Origin: Octopus sinensis
Taxonomy: Eukaryota
Assembly: GCF_006345805.1 (NCBI RefSeq)
Contig: NW_021835108.1
Span: forward strand, 1 to 42,847
Reading direction: 5' to 3'
Length of the DNA: 42,847 nucleotides
In this document: piece by piece, positions 23,969 to 40,222 of the stretch
How the letters are laid out: every line of letters begins with the position of its first letter
Position numbering within the stretch: position 1 is the first letter of the stretch
The notes under the pieces: generated by a model
Seen by the model: the letters and a program-made list of their open reading frames with translations, nothing else
What the model was told of the DNA's origin: nothing
Databases searched by the model: none
Translations under genes and position numbers: made by a program

Positions 23969-24157
23969 AAATAATAGTAATAACAACGAGGTTGTTAATT
24001 TCCACGAGTCAACGTGGCGACGGATTTGCCGAATCGTTTAAGTATGATGAGAGAAAGAGGGGTAGTAAAATAGAGTGTAAGAAAGATAATAAGAGAGAAG
24101 AGTAAGGCACAGCAAGAACGAGAGGGAAATAGAGCGAGATTTGCTGAGGCTTTCCGC

Positions 24158-24380
24158 CCTCTGAGTTGAAATCTCTCAGAGGTCAACTTTGCTTTTCATC
24201 TTTTTGGGATCGATAAATAAGGTGCCAGTGCAGAATGGTATACTGGCAGAATTATTAGAGCGTGGAACGAAAACGCTTTAGTGATTCTATAATTACTCCA
24301 CACTGCTATTCTGGTCTGTTTATTTATCGATCCTAGATGGATGAAAGTTAATGTTGACCTAAGCTGGATTTGAACTCGGA
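24158..24380. mobile_element. Cluster of SINE family A fragments in both orientations
   Basis: Plus-strand core ~24158-24232, head fragment ~24243-24280, minus-strand core ~24310-24380. Confidence 0.65.
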
Positions 24381-24611
24381 GGAATGTGTCGAATCGTCTT
24401 CATATTGACGATTGAAAATTCATAATGCCATTGGTTTTATATTAGTTTGACTGTAAACTAATAATCAATTATTTAAATATTTTGGTTGATCAATGTAATT
24501 GTCATTACATTGAACAACTACGAATATGGTGCGCTCGGCTACATTTCATCCAGTGCCTTAACAACAGCGATATCACGCCAGAGAAAGGTAGGTTAGGCAA
24601 GGTTGCATTTA

Positions 24612-24967
24612 GGCATTTAGTATTCAAAACGGCCAAATCCGGCCCAAATATTGTACTTGTTTTGCAATGTTACCAGTTCAAATGTACTAAAAGCAAGTTC
24701 GGAATTGCTTTTAGCATATCCGAACTAGTAATAACACAGCATTTATACTTATCACTGCTTAGCTCTCTGACCCCGTAATCTACTTGAGTTATATTTAAAC
24801 TGGTCAGATCTAGCCTCTCACACCTACGCTAGAATGTCATTCTAGAAATAGATATCCACATCATCGAAATCTTAAAGATACAAGACAATACATAATTAAT
24901 TCAAAACAATGTGAATAAGTAAGCCTTACATATGACAGAATAAACTGAATGAATGACAAAGGGTTAG
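24612..24967 (+). mobile_element. MITE, probably piggyBac-type
   Basis: Ends in aaagggtta(g), consistent with a GGG terminus plus TTAA-like site; left end degraded; second copy at 4567-4760. Confidence 0.55.
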
Positions 24968-26101
24968 ATATATATTCACAGACATGATGGTCACTACTGG
25001 ATGACTTTACACTGTAGGGCTAATCATCCAGGTGGCAACCTGGAGGCTAAGCAGTACCAAAAGTAGCACTACCATTTACTTTCAAGATGATGTTATGCAT
25101 ATGTTCCCATGATGTTACTTAAAGTGGATTTCTATTAAATCTATATGTCATAAAGATTTACAAAATTTTGTTATATTTAATCCTATTTGTAATTATCAAA
25201 TTACCACGAAGCGAATCTATATACTCAAACATCAGTTATTCGATCAATCAATTAATCAATAGGTATTCATTCACATAAAAACTATAAACAAAACCACACG
25301 ACTTGCTAGAAATCGCAACGAAATTTCTTCCTTGTTGTCGCTATTTAACTTCGGGTCTGCGATCCTTTGATCCAACGTACCTATGATCAGTAGCATCATA
25401 CATGCGACTATCCCCGTCTTTTCTTACATAATGCATCTAGCGCTAAAAACGTCAACGTGTCCTTCATAATATTTAAGATAGTGTGATGTATATTTTGAAA
25501 CAGATATAGCAGATTCTCCTGTAGGTTCATAAAACTATTACATCCCTCCTTTCGTATATTTGTATATTGTATTCTACGAAAATATACTCATGAAGACTAC
25601 TTGTTTTTAGGTAACCTTTTTACATCATACATGCATACATACAAACATACATACATACACATATATGCAATATTAAATTTTCGTATTCTCTAAATCTAGA
25701 AGGGATTGTCCCCGAAGATAATTGACCACCGCGTGAGTGTTTGTGTGTGTGCGTGACAGAGAGAGAGAGAGAGAGGTGATTATCTTAGAGTCTTAGAGTC
25801 CTGCCATCTTCTCTACTGGTATAAGACAAAGCCAATTAGAACTTAATTCCCCAATGTAAGGACTCACATAAATCTTACAGTTGTGCTTGTTTGTTCTTTT
25901 AACAATTCGAATAGTTTCTAACATGAACCAAAATTACAGCAATGTAGACTGATCTATTATAAAAGAAGATTCTTGACTATGAATATGGTACAGAGAGAAA
26001 ACAGGTGACCAGTCAAATCAATAAGGAATGCTTTACGTGGTCTCAAACCATGCTGAAAATCGTAGCCATAATTTACTCATATAACACATTAGCGTTTAAC
26101 G

Positions 26102-26430
26102 CAAGGGTTCTTGGCAATTTTTATCCATGGACACCTTTGATTATACTATTCTGGTGGACCCCTTTAGCTATTTGATACTTAAAAACTAGTTTTTATAGAA
26201 TCTTCTTTCACAACATTCCCTTTTTTTTTCACATATGAACTTTTGTAGTTTGAAGTATATAAAATGTTAGGGAACGAAACCTCTTTCTTGCAATGTATAC
26301 CAATTCACACAACTAAAGCAAAATATTTTCAGGGGCTCTTTAAACACTATTGCGGACCCCTAATTTACTAATTGTTGCATTGGACCACCAAAAATCTTAT
26401 ATGGATTCTCAGGGACCAAAATGTTTAAAG
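26102..26430 (+). mobile_element. Degenerate hAT-type MITE
   Basis: Starts caagggttct (cf. CAGGGGTTCTC hAT termini); repeated (t/c)ggacccc-like subterminal motifs near both ends. Confidence 0.45.
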
Positions 26431-27061
26431 GAAGGGAAGATACATTGAATAACGATTTTAATACAAATAAATCCATGCCTGAATAATAAAAGACAATGAT
26501 TAACAATGAAACAACTTCCCTTACAACAGGTAACACGTGACTAGGCAACATCACACGACATACTGTTTTGTAGTACAACAAACTCACAACACGCCCATTT
26601 ATTACACTGATTGACATCGGCAGAACATTAACATAAAATAATTGTTTATCGATATTTTACACCTAATTGTCGTCTAAAACAAACACAGTATTTAAAATTC
26701 TAACTGGAATCATTAATCGATTCCTCAAAAACACACAAAAAGCAAGAAACAAAAAGCTGTAACTACCATTTGATTTGATTTATGCTTTTTCACGTTTGTA
26801 TATTCTTGTCTCGTTTGTGTGAGAATTTTTCTTAAGATATGTGTGGTTCTGTATGGTACGAGCGTGCTTCTGTGTGTGTGTGCGTGTGCCTGCGTGTGAG
26901 TGTCTGTGTGTGTTTGTGCGTGTAAGTGAGTGTGTGACTGTGTATGTAACGGAATTAAATACTCGGTTTGATTCTTATATAAATCTACAAAAGCGAACTT
27001 ATCTTTGAAAGGTACACTATTAGTGTGTGTATGTGTATGTCAACAGCATTAATATCTATTT

Positions 27062-27149
27062 TTGTGTCTGTATATATATGTGTATATGCATGAACACACA
27101 CATGCAATCCTATTTTTATATGTATGCATATATATGCATAAATATATAT

Positions 27150-27190
<41 letters not shown>

Positions 27191-27618
27191 CACATAGATT
27201 TAAATGCATACATAAGCAAATATATACATACTTTGTCTGCTAAAATGCACCATCTCTTATCATTTGGATACTCCCACCTCAGGAAACAAGAGTTTAATAC
27301 GGTACTTAATATATCGTCATGTGTTCTATATACATATACACATATATATATATATATGTATATATATGTGTGTGTGTATGTATGTATGTATATATATGTA
27401 TATGTGTGTGTATATATGCATATTTCTGTATGTATGTATGTATGTATGAATGTATACGTATACGCATTTCTGAATAAATATTTTGTAATGAAATATCAAT
27501 ATGATTGTAGATGCATACATACATAGATACGCGTGTGTGTATGTATGTGATGTGTTTACATACGTTTACACATATATGTATATATATACATACATATATA
27601 TATATATAAATATATATT

Positions 27619-27707
<89 letters not shown>

Positions 27708-27722
27708 ATATGTATATATGCA
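27062..27722. repeat. (TA)n/(TATG)n microsatellite field
   Basis: Direct reading. Confidence 0.9.
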
Positions 27723-28174
27723 TAGACACACTCGCACACATCCCCACTCAACCACCTCATTTGCAGCCACAATAATAATCAGTAAATTAGGGTGGTGTCA
27801 TAAGTTACAACTGGGAAATTACCTTGTTTGGTCTTTATTGTTTGAATAATTAATCACCCCAATTTAACACATAGTTATAATATTGTAATAGTGTTCCACT
27901 CCATTTGCTTTATTGAGTGTTAACGATTTCATAATGTTCCTTATATTGTTTGTCTGTGTGTGACTGTGAATGAGTGTATGAGTGTATGAGTGTATGTGTT
28001 TGTGTGAGGGAGAAAGAGAGAGAGAGAGAGAGTGTGTGTATGAGTGTGGTTGTGTTTGCGTGCATATGTATGTGGCTGTGTTCTGCGTGTGTATTTACGA
28101 GCTGTTTTCCGCCTTTTATGGAAAGGTGTTTACATTTTTGTGTCTCTCTGTGTAGATGAGTGTGCGTGTGTGTT

Positions 28175-28205
<31 letters not shown>

Positions 28206-28346
28206 TTGTGTGTTTGTGTTAATGTTGGTTTTGGGGAGAGAGAGAATTGTACGAAATATATTATTTGATTGAGTGTGTAAGCTTGTGTTTCTATGCATCC
28301 ATATATCATGGATGCCCACACACATATTACACAATCAAATACTAAA

Positions 28347-28530
<184 letters not shown>

Positions 28531-30065
28531 ATCTGTATCTACCTATCTAAGTATCTATTTATATGGTAGTCAATGTTCATCCTATCGGATTTCCATCTGT
28601 ATACATCCATCACTAAGCCTAAATACTATTTTTCCTTGACTAGAGTGTTAATAAGTACCTTCAAACGTGTTGCTTGACTTAAATGAAACATCGACTAATT
28701 ATCCCTCAATCACCTCCTTCATTCCTAAGTAAAGAATAAATATATTCATGGATACACTACATGAATAAAATACAATTTGATTGACAATAATTTTGATCAT
28801 TTGTCTTCTTGAACAAAGTAAAAATGCTACGATGGACTTATCTCATATTTCCTTTTGAACAAAATTAATATAAACGAACCTGATGGGATCAAATTTCTTC
28901 TTTCATGAATCAAGTTTTCTTTTCCTTTCTTGACGCAGAAATTTATAGATGATTATTACGTTGTTTCACCGAATTAAATATCTAGATTTCGTTTGATAGA
29001 GAAGTTTACAAAACGCCAAACATTGGATCTTGTTTCTTTTGTTAAAGTTTCTAATTGTGACTTACATTATGTCCCATACGAAATGTTATAAAGTGCACCA
29101 AAAAATCTAGCTTAGTTTTTTTTTAATTCCCGATTTTTCTTATGCTTCATTCCATAGCTTACGCTGTTAAAACCATTCGACTTACATAACTGTCGAGATA
29201 AATAGATAATGCTGAGATAAAATGTGTTATAAAGTTTTCATAAAACATGAAACCTGAGGGCTCTTGTTTTAAAGTTCGTCAAACGTGAGAGGGCTGAATG
29301 CAAAACCGACATACATAGTTTCCAACTAAGACTTCGAAGAAGAACCGCAGCTTTCATTCCAAGACCACGGTTCTGGTCTATATGCTGGTAAAAAGCACTC
29401 CGTTAATAGTTAGTTATGGTTATGTGGTGATGCAGAAATTAGCAAAAAAGATTAGACGATATCTAAGGGAATACGCAGATTGTCCGACTGGATCCCGCAC
29501 TGTTTCAGTTTCTTCCCAATTTCACTCACGAAGCTGATGCCAAATGAAGCATGCCATAGGTACTACGTGAAATGATTGACATCACAAATGTGTGTGTGTG
29601 TGAGTAATAACTTTTATAGATATATTCATATAGGATCAGGTTGAGAAGATTTTGTTGATTGACAACTTTTATGTACTACACAAATAGCCTTCTTAGAGGG
29701 GTATTTTAAAAGTAAATACAAAAAGGAAAAAAAAAAACCTATGAGAAACAAGTAAGATAACTCCATTATAGTCTGATAATTGAATTTTCAGGAACTAAAA
29801 GACAGTCTAAATGCGTAGGATATTGTCCACACTGGATACATTTGTAAATGCATGTATGCAAATATGTGCTTGTGTAGGGGTGCAGGGGTTCAGGGGGTGC
29901 ATCTTAATTTTCGTAGATTCGTTTATTTCATCTCATTTGATTTTTTTCATCAATATTCATGTTTTTTCCTAGATATATCTTATTTTCTTACTGTCCAGAG
30001 CCTTTTAAAATATATATATAACGCATAACGGAGCCTGACAGTTTCGGCCGGCCGTGTATTTAACT

Positions 30066-30067
<2 letters not shown>

Positions 30068-30120
<53 letters not shown>

Positions 30121-30292
30121 ATACATATATATATATAATATATATATATATATTATATATATATATAATTATATATATATATATATATATATATGTTTTA
30201 TATATCTATGCATATATATATATATATATAATATATATATATAATATATATTATATATATGTGTGTTTATATATATGAATGTATATATGTAT
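30068..30292. repeat. (TA)n microsatellite field
   Basis: Direct reading. Confidence 0.95.
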
Positions 30293-31055
30293 AAGAATGC
30301 ATGTATGTGTAAGCGCAAGTGCATATTTTTTATTGAATCTCTTCGTATATACACACATACTTATGTATACAATAAAACAACCAACACACACACGTGCATT
30401 CAAACACAAACACACAATAACAACAGTACTAAACATACACAACTGTATATAATGATGTCTGCAAAAGTACACAAATATTACTAAATGCTGCTGGATGTAT
30501 ATGTGTGTGAGGGATAAGGATAGTGTATTAGGAATATATATATATGTGTGTATGTGTGTAATTGTACTTGTGTGTTTATATAAATTGATATATATTCATA
30601 GTACACTATCTTTCTCTCTCTCACACACACATGGACAAATGTACAGGTATACATACATAGAGACATACATACAAACGTACTTACATACAAACTTGTGAGC
30701 TTACACAATTTTGTAAGCAACCGTGCGAGTGTTTGCATTTAGACGATTATAAAGTTACAGGTATAATCATATAATCACAAACACACATATACACACTACG
30801 CACGTTAAAGGTAGATAAACACAGAAAAATCACAGATGCACACACACACACACACACACACATACATATATATTATATATATATATAACACGGGAAAAAG
30901 AAAATTTCAAGGGAGAGAGAGAGAGAGAGAGAGAGATGTGCTCAATGTATTCACAGGAACAGTGAAAATATGACTTTATATATAAAATTATTCATATATA
31001 TGTGCATATTTATGCATATGAGTATATACGCATATGCATATCTTCTTACGTAGCC

Positions 31056-31086
<31 letters not shown>

Positions 31087-31699
31087 TATATATATATATA
31101 TATATATGTATATCTATATTATATTTATATGTATATCTATATTATATATATGTAGTATGTATATGTGTATGCATGCATATATATCTGTGTGTACGTACGC
31201 ATGTAAAAGAGTGCACAGATATGTGACTATAAGCACACACAAAAACACACTATATATATACACACACACACTTACACAAACACATACGAACGTTCACTAA
31301 ATATAGAGATACGCATACATGTATACGTGCATATCATAAATGCGTGTTTTTCACAGATCTAAGTAAACATGCTTCTGAATAAGTTAGCCTCTTTACATGG
31401 AATATATTTACATTTTGCTTATCTCCGTAAGTATGTGACGGTCTTGTGAAGGTTTACCTTCATAGGCAGGATTTTGGATTTTATTGATACAATATTCAGT
31501 GTGGAGGTGGAAAATCGGACAGTTTATGGATAATAGAATTCGTTTTACGGATGAAGTCTTTTTAGCTTTATTGGCATAGGGAGTTTAGTTTATAAATAAT
31601 ATATATATGAGCACGCCGCGCGTGAAGAGACTGTCTACTTTACAGGTTGATGTATATATGTATATGTCTGTTGTGTGTATTTTCCGATATGTGTGCTTA

Positions 31700-33500
<1,801 letters not shown>

Positions 33501-33991
33501 AACACTGTCATGCATTTATTTATATATGTATGTATAATATTGATGCAGACAGTTATACAAATACAGACTGAAGACACACGCTTATATTTTTACGAGTGTA
33601 TATCATTGGATGCAGGTCTTTGTACACATATAATGCCTAATATTGTGTGTGCATTTGCATGTGTTCTCGCGTGCGTGTTTGTACGTGAGAGTGATTGCGT
33701 ATACTCATGCACATAGCAGACACTTATATTGAAATGGAACCAATAGTAACATTTGTGCTTGCAGAACGTTATTAGTTCTCAGACACAGGCAAAAATGCAT
33801 CTGATTTAGAAGAGGGTTAATACTCAGTTGTATGGACTGTAGTTCATGAGTGGTACATTAACATAGCGACACCTCTCAGGAGGGATGAAACTCAATTTTG
33901 ATAACTGTGGAGTGTGAACTCTGAACTTAACGTGTTGGAATAAAAACTACTATGACGTTATTACAATTCGACCAATCCACCGCCCTTAAGC

Positions 33992-34035
<44 letters not shown>

Positions 34036-34061
34036 TAATAATATTGATGATGATGATAATA

Positions 34062-34114
<53 letters not shown>

Positions 34115-34280
34115 TATTGTTGCATTTGGCAGCAGAAATACTGCAATTCATTTTTCCTACACACTAATGAGTCTCATTACCACCATCTTAATAATAATAA
34201 TCATCACCATCCTCATCACCACCCCCACCCCCATCACCACCACCATCATCATCGTCGTCGTCGTCGTCGTCGTCGTCATC
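33992..34280. repeat. (AAT)n, (CAC)n, (CAT)n, (CGT)n trinucleotide arrays
   Basis: Direct reading. Confidence 0.9.
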
Positions 34281-34804
34281 TTTTTCGAAATTCGTCTTTA
34301 TCATCGTCTTCATCGTCGTAAGCATTAGTTATAAATAATTTTTGATGGATTTAATGAATGACTGTAATGTTTCGCTTTGGGGATGGTGACAGCAGTGAAC
34401 AGTTATATATATTTCTCTCTCTCTCTCTATATATATATCGTGTGTTTTACCACACAGAAATAGGTGTCATATCGCAGGTGTCCACGCTCCATTTAGCATG
34501 CCATCACATTCCATATCGTGTTACATATAAAGACACTGGAACATGTGCTTAATAAAGACACTTAAGGAAACCTCAGACACATTGCATATGACAGTGATTG
34601 ATAATTACTTGCTAGATGTTCTACTAGATGGAACCAATGTAAAATGAATAAATAGAACTGAATAAACGAAAGAAACGAACTAGGACAAAATAATAAAATG
34701 GTCTCTACATGCTGGCATAAATTCAAAATGAATGCAATGTGGGGCGAGATATATTTACGACCCTATTATACATACATAAAATAAGTTTTATCTGTATACA
34801 CTCA

Positions 34805-35016
34805 CTCTTTTACTTGTTTCAGTCATTTCACTGCGGCCATGCTGGAGCACCGCCTTTTAATCGAGCAACTCGACTCCGGGACTTATTCTTTTGTAAGCCA
34901 AGTACTTATTCTATCGGTCTCTTTTGCCGAACCGCTAAGTAACGGGGACATAAACACACCAGCATCGGTTGTCAAGCAATGCTAGGGGGACAAACACAGA
35001 CACACAAACACACACA

Positions 35017-35055
<39 letters not shown>

Positions 35056-35075
35056 ATATATACGACGGACTTCTT
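34805..35075 (-). mobile_element. SINE family B, 3' half including internal microsatellite
   Basis: Reverse complement of ~40910-41147 (cttttacttgtttcagtcatt...catgctggagcaccgcc...agtacttattctatcggt). Confidence 0.9.
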
Positions 35076-35114
35076 ATATGTATGTATGTATGTATATATG
35101 TATGTATGTATGTA

Positions 35115-35208
<94 letters not shown>

Positions 35209-35398
35209 ATGATTAGTGTATACTTCATTGCTTGTTTGTAAATATTAAAGCAGATTCTTATCGGCAGTCCACTTTAGATCGATTAAAGTGAGAAATATTT
35301 CCAATTTCAAAATACATCAATAAATATCAAATTATCCTCATATGTGTGTGTGTGTTTGTACGTATGTATGTGTGTGAATGTATTTATGTGTGTGTATG

Positions 35399-35439
<41 letters not shown>

Positions 35440-36915
35440 GTATATATTTCAACATTATATAATTATATATGTATGTGTGTGTGTATATATACGTAATAGA
35501 TATGTAATATGTAATGCAATATATACATATAAACCAACACATGCGTAAATGTTTTAGGATGTCTCTCTGAAATAGAGAGTCACACAGAGGATACAGACGT
35601 CGTAAAAGGAGACTGAAATATTCATTGTTTGTACCTAGTCTTTGGACACATATACAGGGGCACATACACACATCATTGACTGATTGAGAGATTGCTGAAT
35701 GAGCAGGTAGACAGAAGGTCAGTTTATTGTGCACTGTATACCCCTCGTAAGTATATTTGAATAAACAATAATATGCTCAGTACAAACATGTGATGTTGTC
35801 TTTCTTATCTGAGTTAACAATTTTCAATCTGAGTAGGGTGTAGCAATCTTGATCTCCATATTGGTCTCTGTACATTTATTTTGCTGTCTTACGATCACCT
35901 TATAATTTAAAGAAAAGCTCTTATAATATTTTGCTTGTGACCAGTTCCCTGCAGCCTTCCAGCTGTTGGTGAAGTAGCATAAAAATTGCATAGTATTGCG
36001 CAGAAATTCACCGTAATTCTCACGGAGAGTCAGCGTAATAATGAGTTATAGGACTGGACCATTGAATTTATAGATAGATCAACAGAAAATCCTTTCCAGA
36101 ACTTTCTTTCTATCTTATATAATTAGTATTGATCAGCTTGATTAGTATTGTTAGCTTATAACAGCAGACGTTACAAAATTTGTGCGTTAGTAGTTACGCC
36201 TTTTTTCTTCTCCAATATATTTTCATAAGTTTGCCCTACATATCTATGCTTGTTTTGTTTTATATATTTAGTTAGCTCTTGTTCTCAGCAGGGCCAGCGC
36301 TAGAAAGTGCGGGGCCCAATTAGAGAATAGTGAATGGGAACCTCTGCTCTACAAATGCTGACGATTGATGTTTTATGCTTTATGAAATACACCAGTCACA
36401 GCCATAAAGCACTGAGGGCTTCAGGCACCACCATTATCCATGATGATATAGTAAAAATTCCTCACAACGTACTTCGCTCGAGCGGGTGCGCGGGACCCCT
36501 GTCTTGGCGGAGAACCCATTTTGAAGAAATATGTTTAATTCCCATAAAATCGATTCTGTAACATAATGCTTTCCTTTCATAAGTTCCAAGTTACTCTGAT
36601 GGCTGAAACAATTTAGGGATGTATAGTGCGTATTTTGCATGGACGCCTGGGAAATATGCCCTGAATATCACATGTGATACACGGACAGGAAGAGTTTTAT
36701 GTATGCTCTACTCATTTGCAGTTCTTCTCATGGAAAATGAGCGAGCTAGTGTGTTACTGGAATGAATCTTAGAGCCTGCTGGCAGAATCTATGCGAGGCG
36801 CATTTATAACCTTGTGTCGATTCTGTTCCATTCACAGAATTTTAGTGAATAATAAGCGTTTGAGTTCGTGGCTACTATAAAAAGAAATAGAAGCCCAAAA
36901 TGTCAAGAATTAAGA

Positions 36916-36966
36916 TCGAAACCAGGATCTCGTGATCGCAAATCGTACGCCTTAATCATATGCCCG
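36916..36966 (-). mobile_element. tRNA-like SINE head remnant
   Basis: Minus strand gggcatatgattaaggcgtacgatttgcgatcacgagatcctggtttcga has degenerate A- and B-box spacing. Confidence 0.4.
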
Positions 36967-37107
36967 TAGAAGTATGTACTAATGTACATTTAATACAGTA
37001 GAATCTCCCATTCCCAACCCTATATCTAATGGACGTATGCCAAAACCGTACAAATCGTTATATTTTACTAGTATTTCTATTAGTTGAAAATCTTGATACC
37101 GAAATTG

Positions 37108-37240
37108 TCTTTCATCTTTCATCCTTCCGGGGGTAGATACAACAAAGAGTAAGGTCGATTTTATCAAATGGACTCTTTCTCTACGTCAGACGCTACTCAC
37201 TCCCCCACATCAACGTGGCCTTGTTCCAAAATTTATACAA
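37108..37240 (+). mobile_element. SINE family A body, degenerate
   Basis: ctttcatccttccgggggtagata...ggtcgattttatc...tggccttgttccaaaattt. Confidence 0.55.
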
Positions 37241-37511
37241 GAAATCGTTATGTACTCTAAATATTATAGTGTTATTTAGAAGTTGTTTCTAGTCTCCGAT
37301 AATTAAATAAATAAATGAATGAATAAATGAATAACTAAAATTCTCTTTTTCAAATTGAGCAAAAAAAAAGATAAATAAAATGAAATACAAACACCAAAAG
37401 GCCATATATATATATATATATACTCACACACACATACATATATTTATGTTTATGTCTGTGAACGTGTGTGGACGTATGAATGAATGTGTGTGTGTGTGCG
37501 TCTGTATACAT

Positions 37512-37560
<49 letters not shown>

Positions 37561-37600
37561 CGTACATATACGAATGTAGGGTGAATGGATGGTTGGATGT

Positions 37601-37646
<46 letters not shown>

Positions 37647-38080
37647 CTAGGTTTACTAAGGAGAGTAAGTACTCCATACATGTAATCAAATTCACCCAAG
37701 TGCTCGACGTTGATCGGCGTGAGTCCTCGTCCACACACGAAGTTCTCCTCCGTCACCGTAATGTTTTCGCAGCAGCTGAAATGTATGTTAAAAATACGGT
37801 AACGCGGAAGACATATTAAAGCAGTAGAAAAAATAATACCACGACAAGCTATATAAATCAACAGAGACAGAGCCAAATTCAGACATCGATACATATAGGA
37901 GCGTCCATCTCGAACGAAGTATTCAGTAATTTCGAAGTCTATTGTAGGTACTGGAAATTTCAGTGTCTTAATTTAAGACTAGCGATTTGATTCGATTTGA
38001 TTAAAACCAATCAAGAATATGGTTGTCCCTATGGGACGTCGTAACTTTTGAATGCACGCAAGGTATTTTGTACTCGTGTG

Positions 38081-38437
38081 CTTTCTTTTACATGTTTGAG
38101 TCATTGTATAGCGACCATATTGGAGAATGGCTCTAAAAGGTTTTATTCGCTGGAATCGATATCAGTACTTCGTTTTAGATCTAGCACTTATTATATCTGC
38201 CTCTTTAACAGATCTGCAAAGTTTCGCGGGCGTAAACAAACCAACACCGGTTGTCAAGTAGTGGTGGAGGTGGTAGAGGTGGTCGAGGGGGAAAACACAG
38301 ACACGAAACCGCTCGCAGGGACTCGGTAGGCCTGCGGCTGTAGTAGAAGACAGTTGACCAGTGCGCCATGCAGTGGGATTGAACCCAGAGCAATGTGGCA
38401 TAGAAGCGATTTTCTTACAGCACAGCTACGCCTGCGC
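38081..38437 (-). mobile_element. SINE family B, degenerate, with internal deletion
   Basis: Head gcgcaggcgtagctgtgctgtaagaaaatcgctt...gggttcaatcccactgcatggc on the minus strand; 3' part matches 34805-34990. Confidence 0.8.
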
Positions 38438-39210
38438 ATACATGTCTAGTGTGTGTATGTGTGTGTCTGTGTGTGGGGGAGTGTAGGTGGTATTATATAA
38501 GACTAGAAGCAGAAGGAAGGGCGGTTACGACAGGAACACCGTTGATCGTAGGTCTTCCCGATCGACACTCAACCGAGTCTAAGCCACTAAAAATAACAAA
38601 AACAAAAACAACTGCAACGAACACTTCAATGCTTACACACAAGCACGGTATTCATTCAATTGTAGACTACCAGTTGTTATCACAGTAGGTGGTAGCACGT
38701 AATAGATACTTAAGTCTGCTCTTTTTCTCAGCTCACTGAACCTGGGGGCGTGTCACTCCATCTACAATCTAAACACACAATGGCGACGATCATGATATCC
38801 CACCTCTACTAGAAATAAAGAGCACAGCCATCCTCGTGCCACACACAAACGAGTCACTGATTCGGAGGTTCTAAATAGTTTTGATTTCATAGCGCACGGG
38901 ATCAAACAAAATCTAAACACTTCATTTCGCAAGGAGAGTTTTAGCTGGCGTATATTGTACGACAACCCACGAGATAGACGTAGAAAGCTAGGGATTAATT
39001 TTTATTTTTTTTTAATCCTATTTGTCTACAAGATTGTAAATAAGAGGTTTTTATCAAGGGGCTTGAACATTGCTGTGAATTTTCTAAACGGTTAAAATCA
39101 TTCTTTAAATATCTGACGAACACCATTGACACAGACTCCATGGCGTTCATAGTATTATAACCTCTTCTGATGTATGTGTGTAGGGGGCATGAGTGTGTGT
39201 GTGTGTGTGT

Positions 39211-39357
39211 GGAGGGGTTTGGTTAATGGTTGGGGTGTTGCACTCATAATCCTAAGATCGTGTTTTCGATCCCTGGACCTGGCTATGGTGTGCATTCTTG
39301 AGCGAAACACGTCATTCTACGTTGCTCTGGATCATTCAACCCCTTGAAATGAGTACC
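39211..39357 (+). mobile_element. tRNA-derived SINE related to the family C head
   Basis: ggaggggtttggttaatggtt...ttcgatccctggacc...tgagcgaaacac, shared with the 13617-13917 element. Confidence 0.6.
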
Positions 39358-39431
39358 TCTGCGGACGATACACACATACGCACTCAAGCTCGCTCCCGCA
39401 TACACATGCACAACATTACACACATGTACAC

Positions 39432-39476
<45 letters not shown>

Positions 39477-39478
<2 letters not shown>

Positions 39479-39680
39479 GAGAAAGAAGCAACAAGAATGG
39501 ATTAGTTTTTAGTACAATTGTTTCATACAAAGACAGGCTTATTACAAGTTGCAAAAAATTGCAGCAGATAAAAGTGTCCCGTACTTTTATCTGCTGCCAT
39601 TTTTGCAACTTGTAATAAGCCTGTCTTTGTATGAAAGAATTGTACTAAAAACTAATCCAGTCTTGTTGCTTCTTTCTCGT
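39477..39680. repeat. Near-perfect 204-bp palindrome
   Basis: 39477-39575 versus the reverse complement of 39583-39680: 3 substitutions and one 1-nt indel; 7-nt spacer gtcccgt. Confidence 0.95.
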
Positions 39681-39795
39681 TTATAATCACCCCACATTAC
39701 TGTATGGTTAACACCATATAGTTTTGTCTGGTGCATCTAAGTTAAGTACCACATTCAAGTAAATTCAATGGAATTTACTTGAATCTTAATTGCTT

Positions 39796-39833
<38 letters not shown>

Positions 39834-40002
39834 CCACACACTCACACTCACATATATAGTATATTCAAATATATGGATGAATGGATTTTTGAATACACAT
39901 ATGCATACACCACACACACACATATATATATATATATATGTAAATATATATATGTATATATGTATATATATGTGTGTATATATCTATGTATGTATGCATG
40001 TA

Positions 40003-40222
40003 TTTGTGTGTCTGTGTTTGTCACCCCACCACAATCGCTTGACTACCGATGTTTGCGTATTTACGTTCCAGGAACTTAGCGTTTCAACATAAGAGACCGA
40101 TAGAATAAGTACTAGATTTACAAAGAGTAAATCCTGGGGTCGATTTGTTCGACTAAAAATGGTGCTCCAGCATGGCCGCCTTCAAATGACTGAAACAAGT
40201 ATATGAATAAAATAATAAAAGA
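40003..40222 (+). mobile_element. SINE family B, 3' half
   Basis: tgtgtgtctgtgtttgtc...cgcttgactaccgat...ccgatagaataagtactag...ggtgctccagcatg...aaatgactgaaacaagta, matching 40958-41132. Confidence 0.9.

Noticed and set aside
36289-36515. GC-rich cagggccagcgc... possible hAT MITE end
   Set aside because: No matching right terminus or TSD could be identified.
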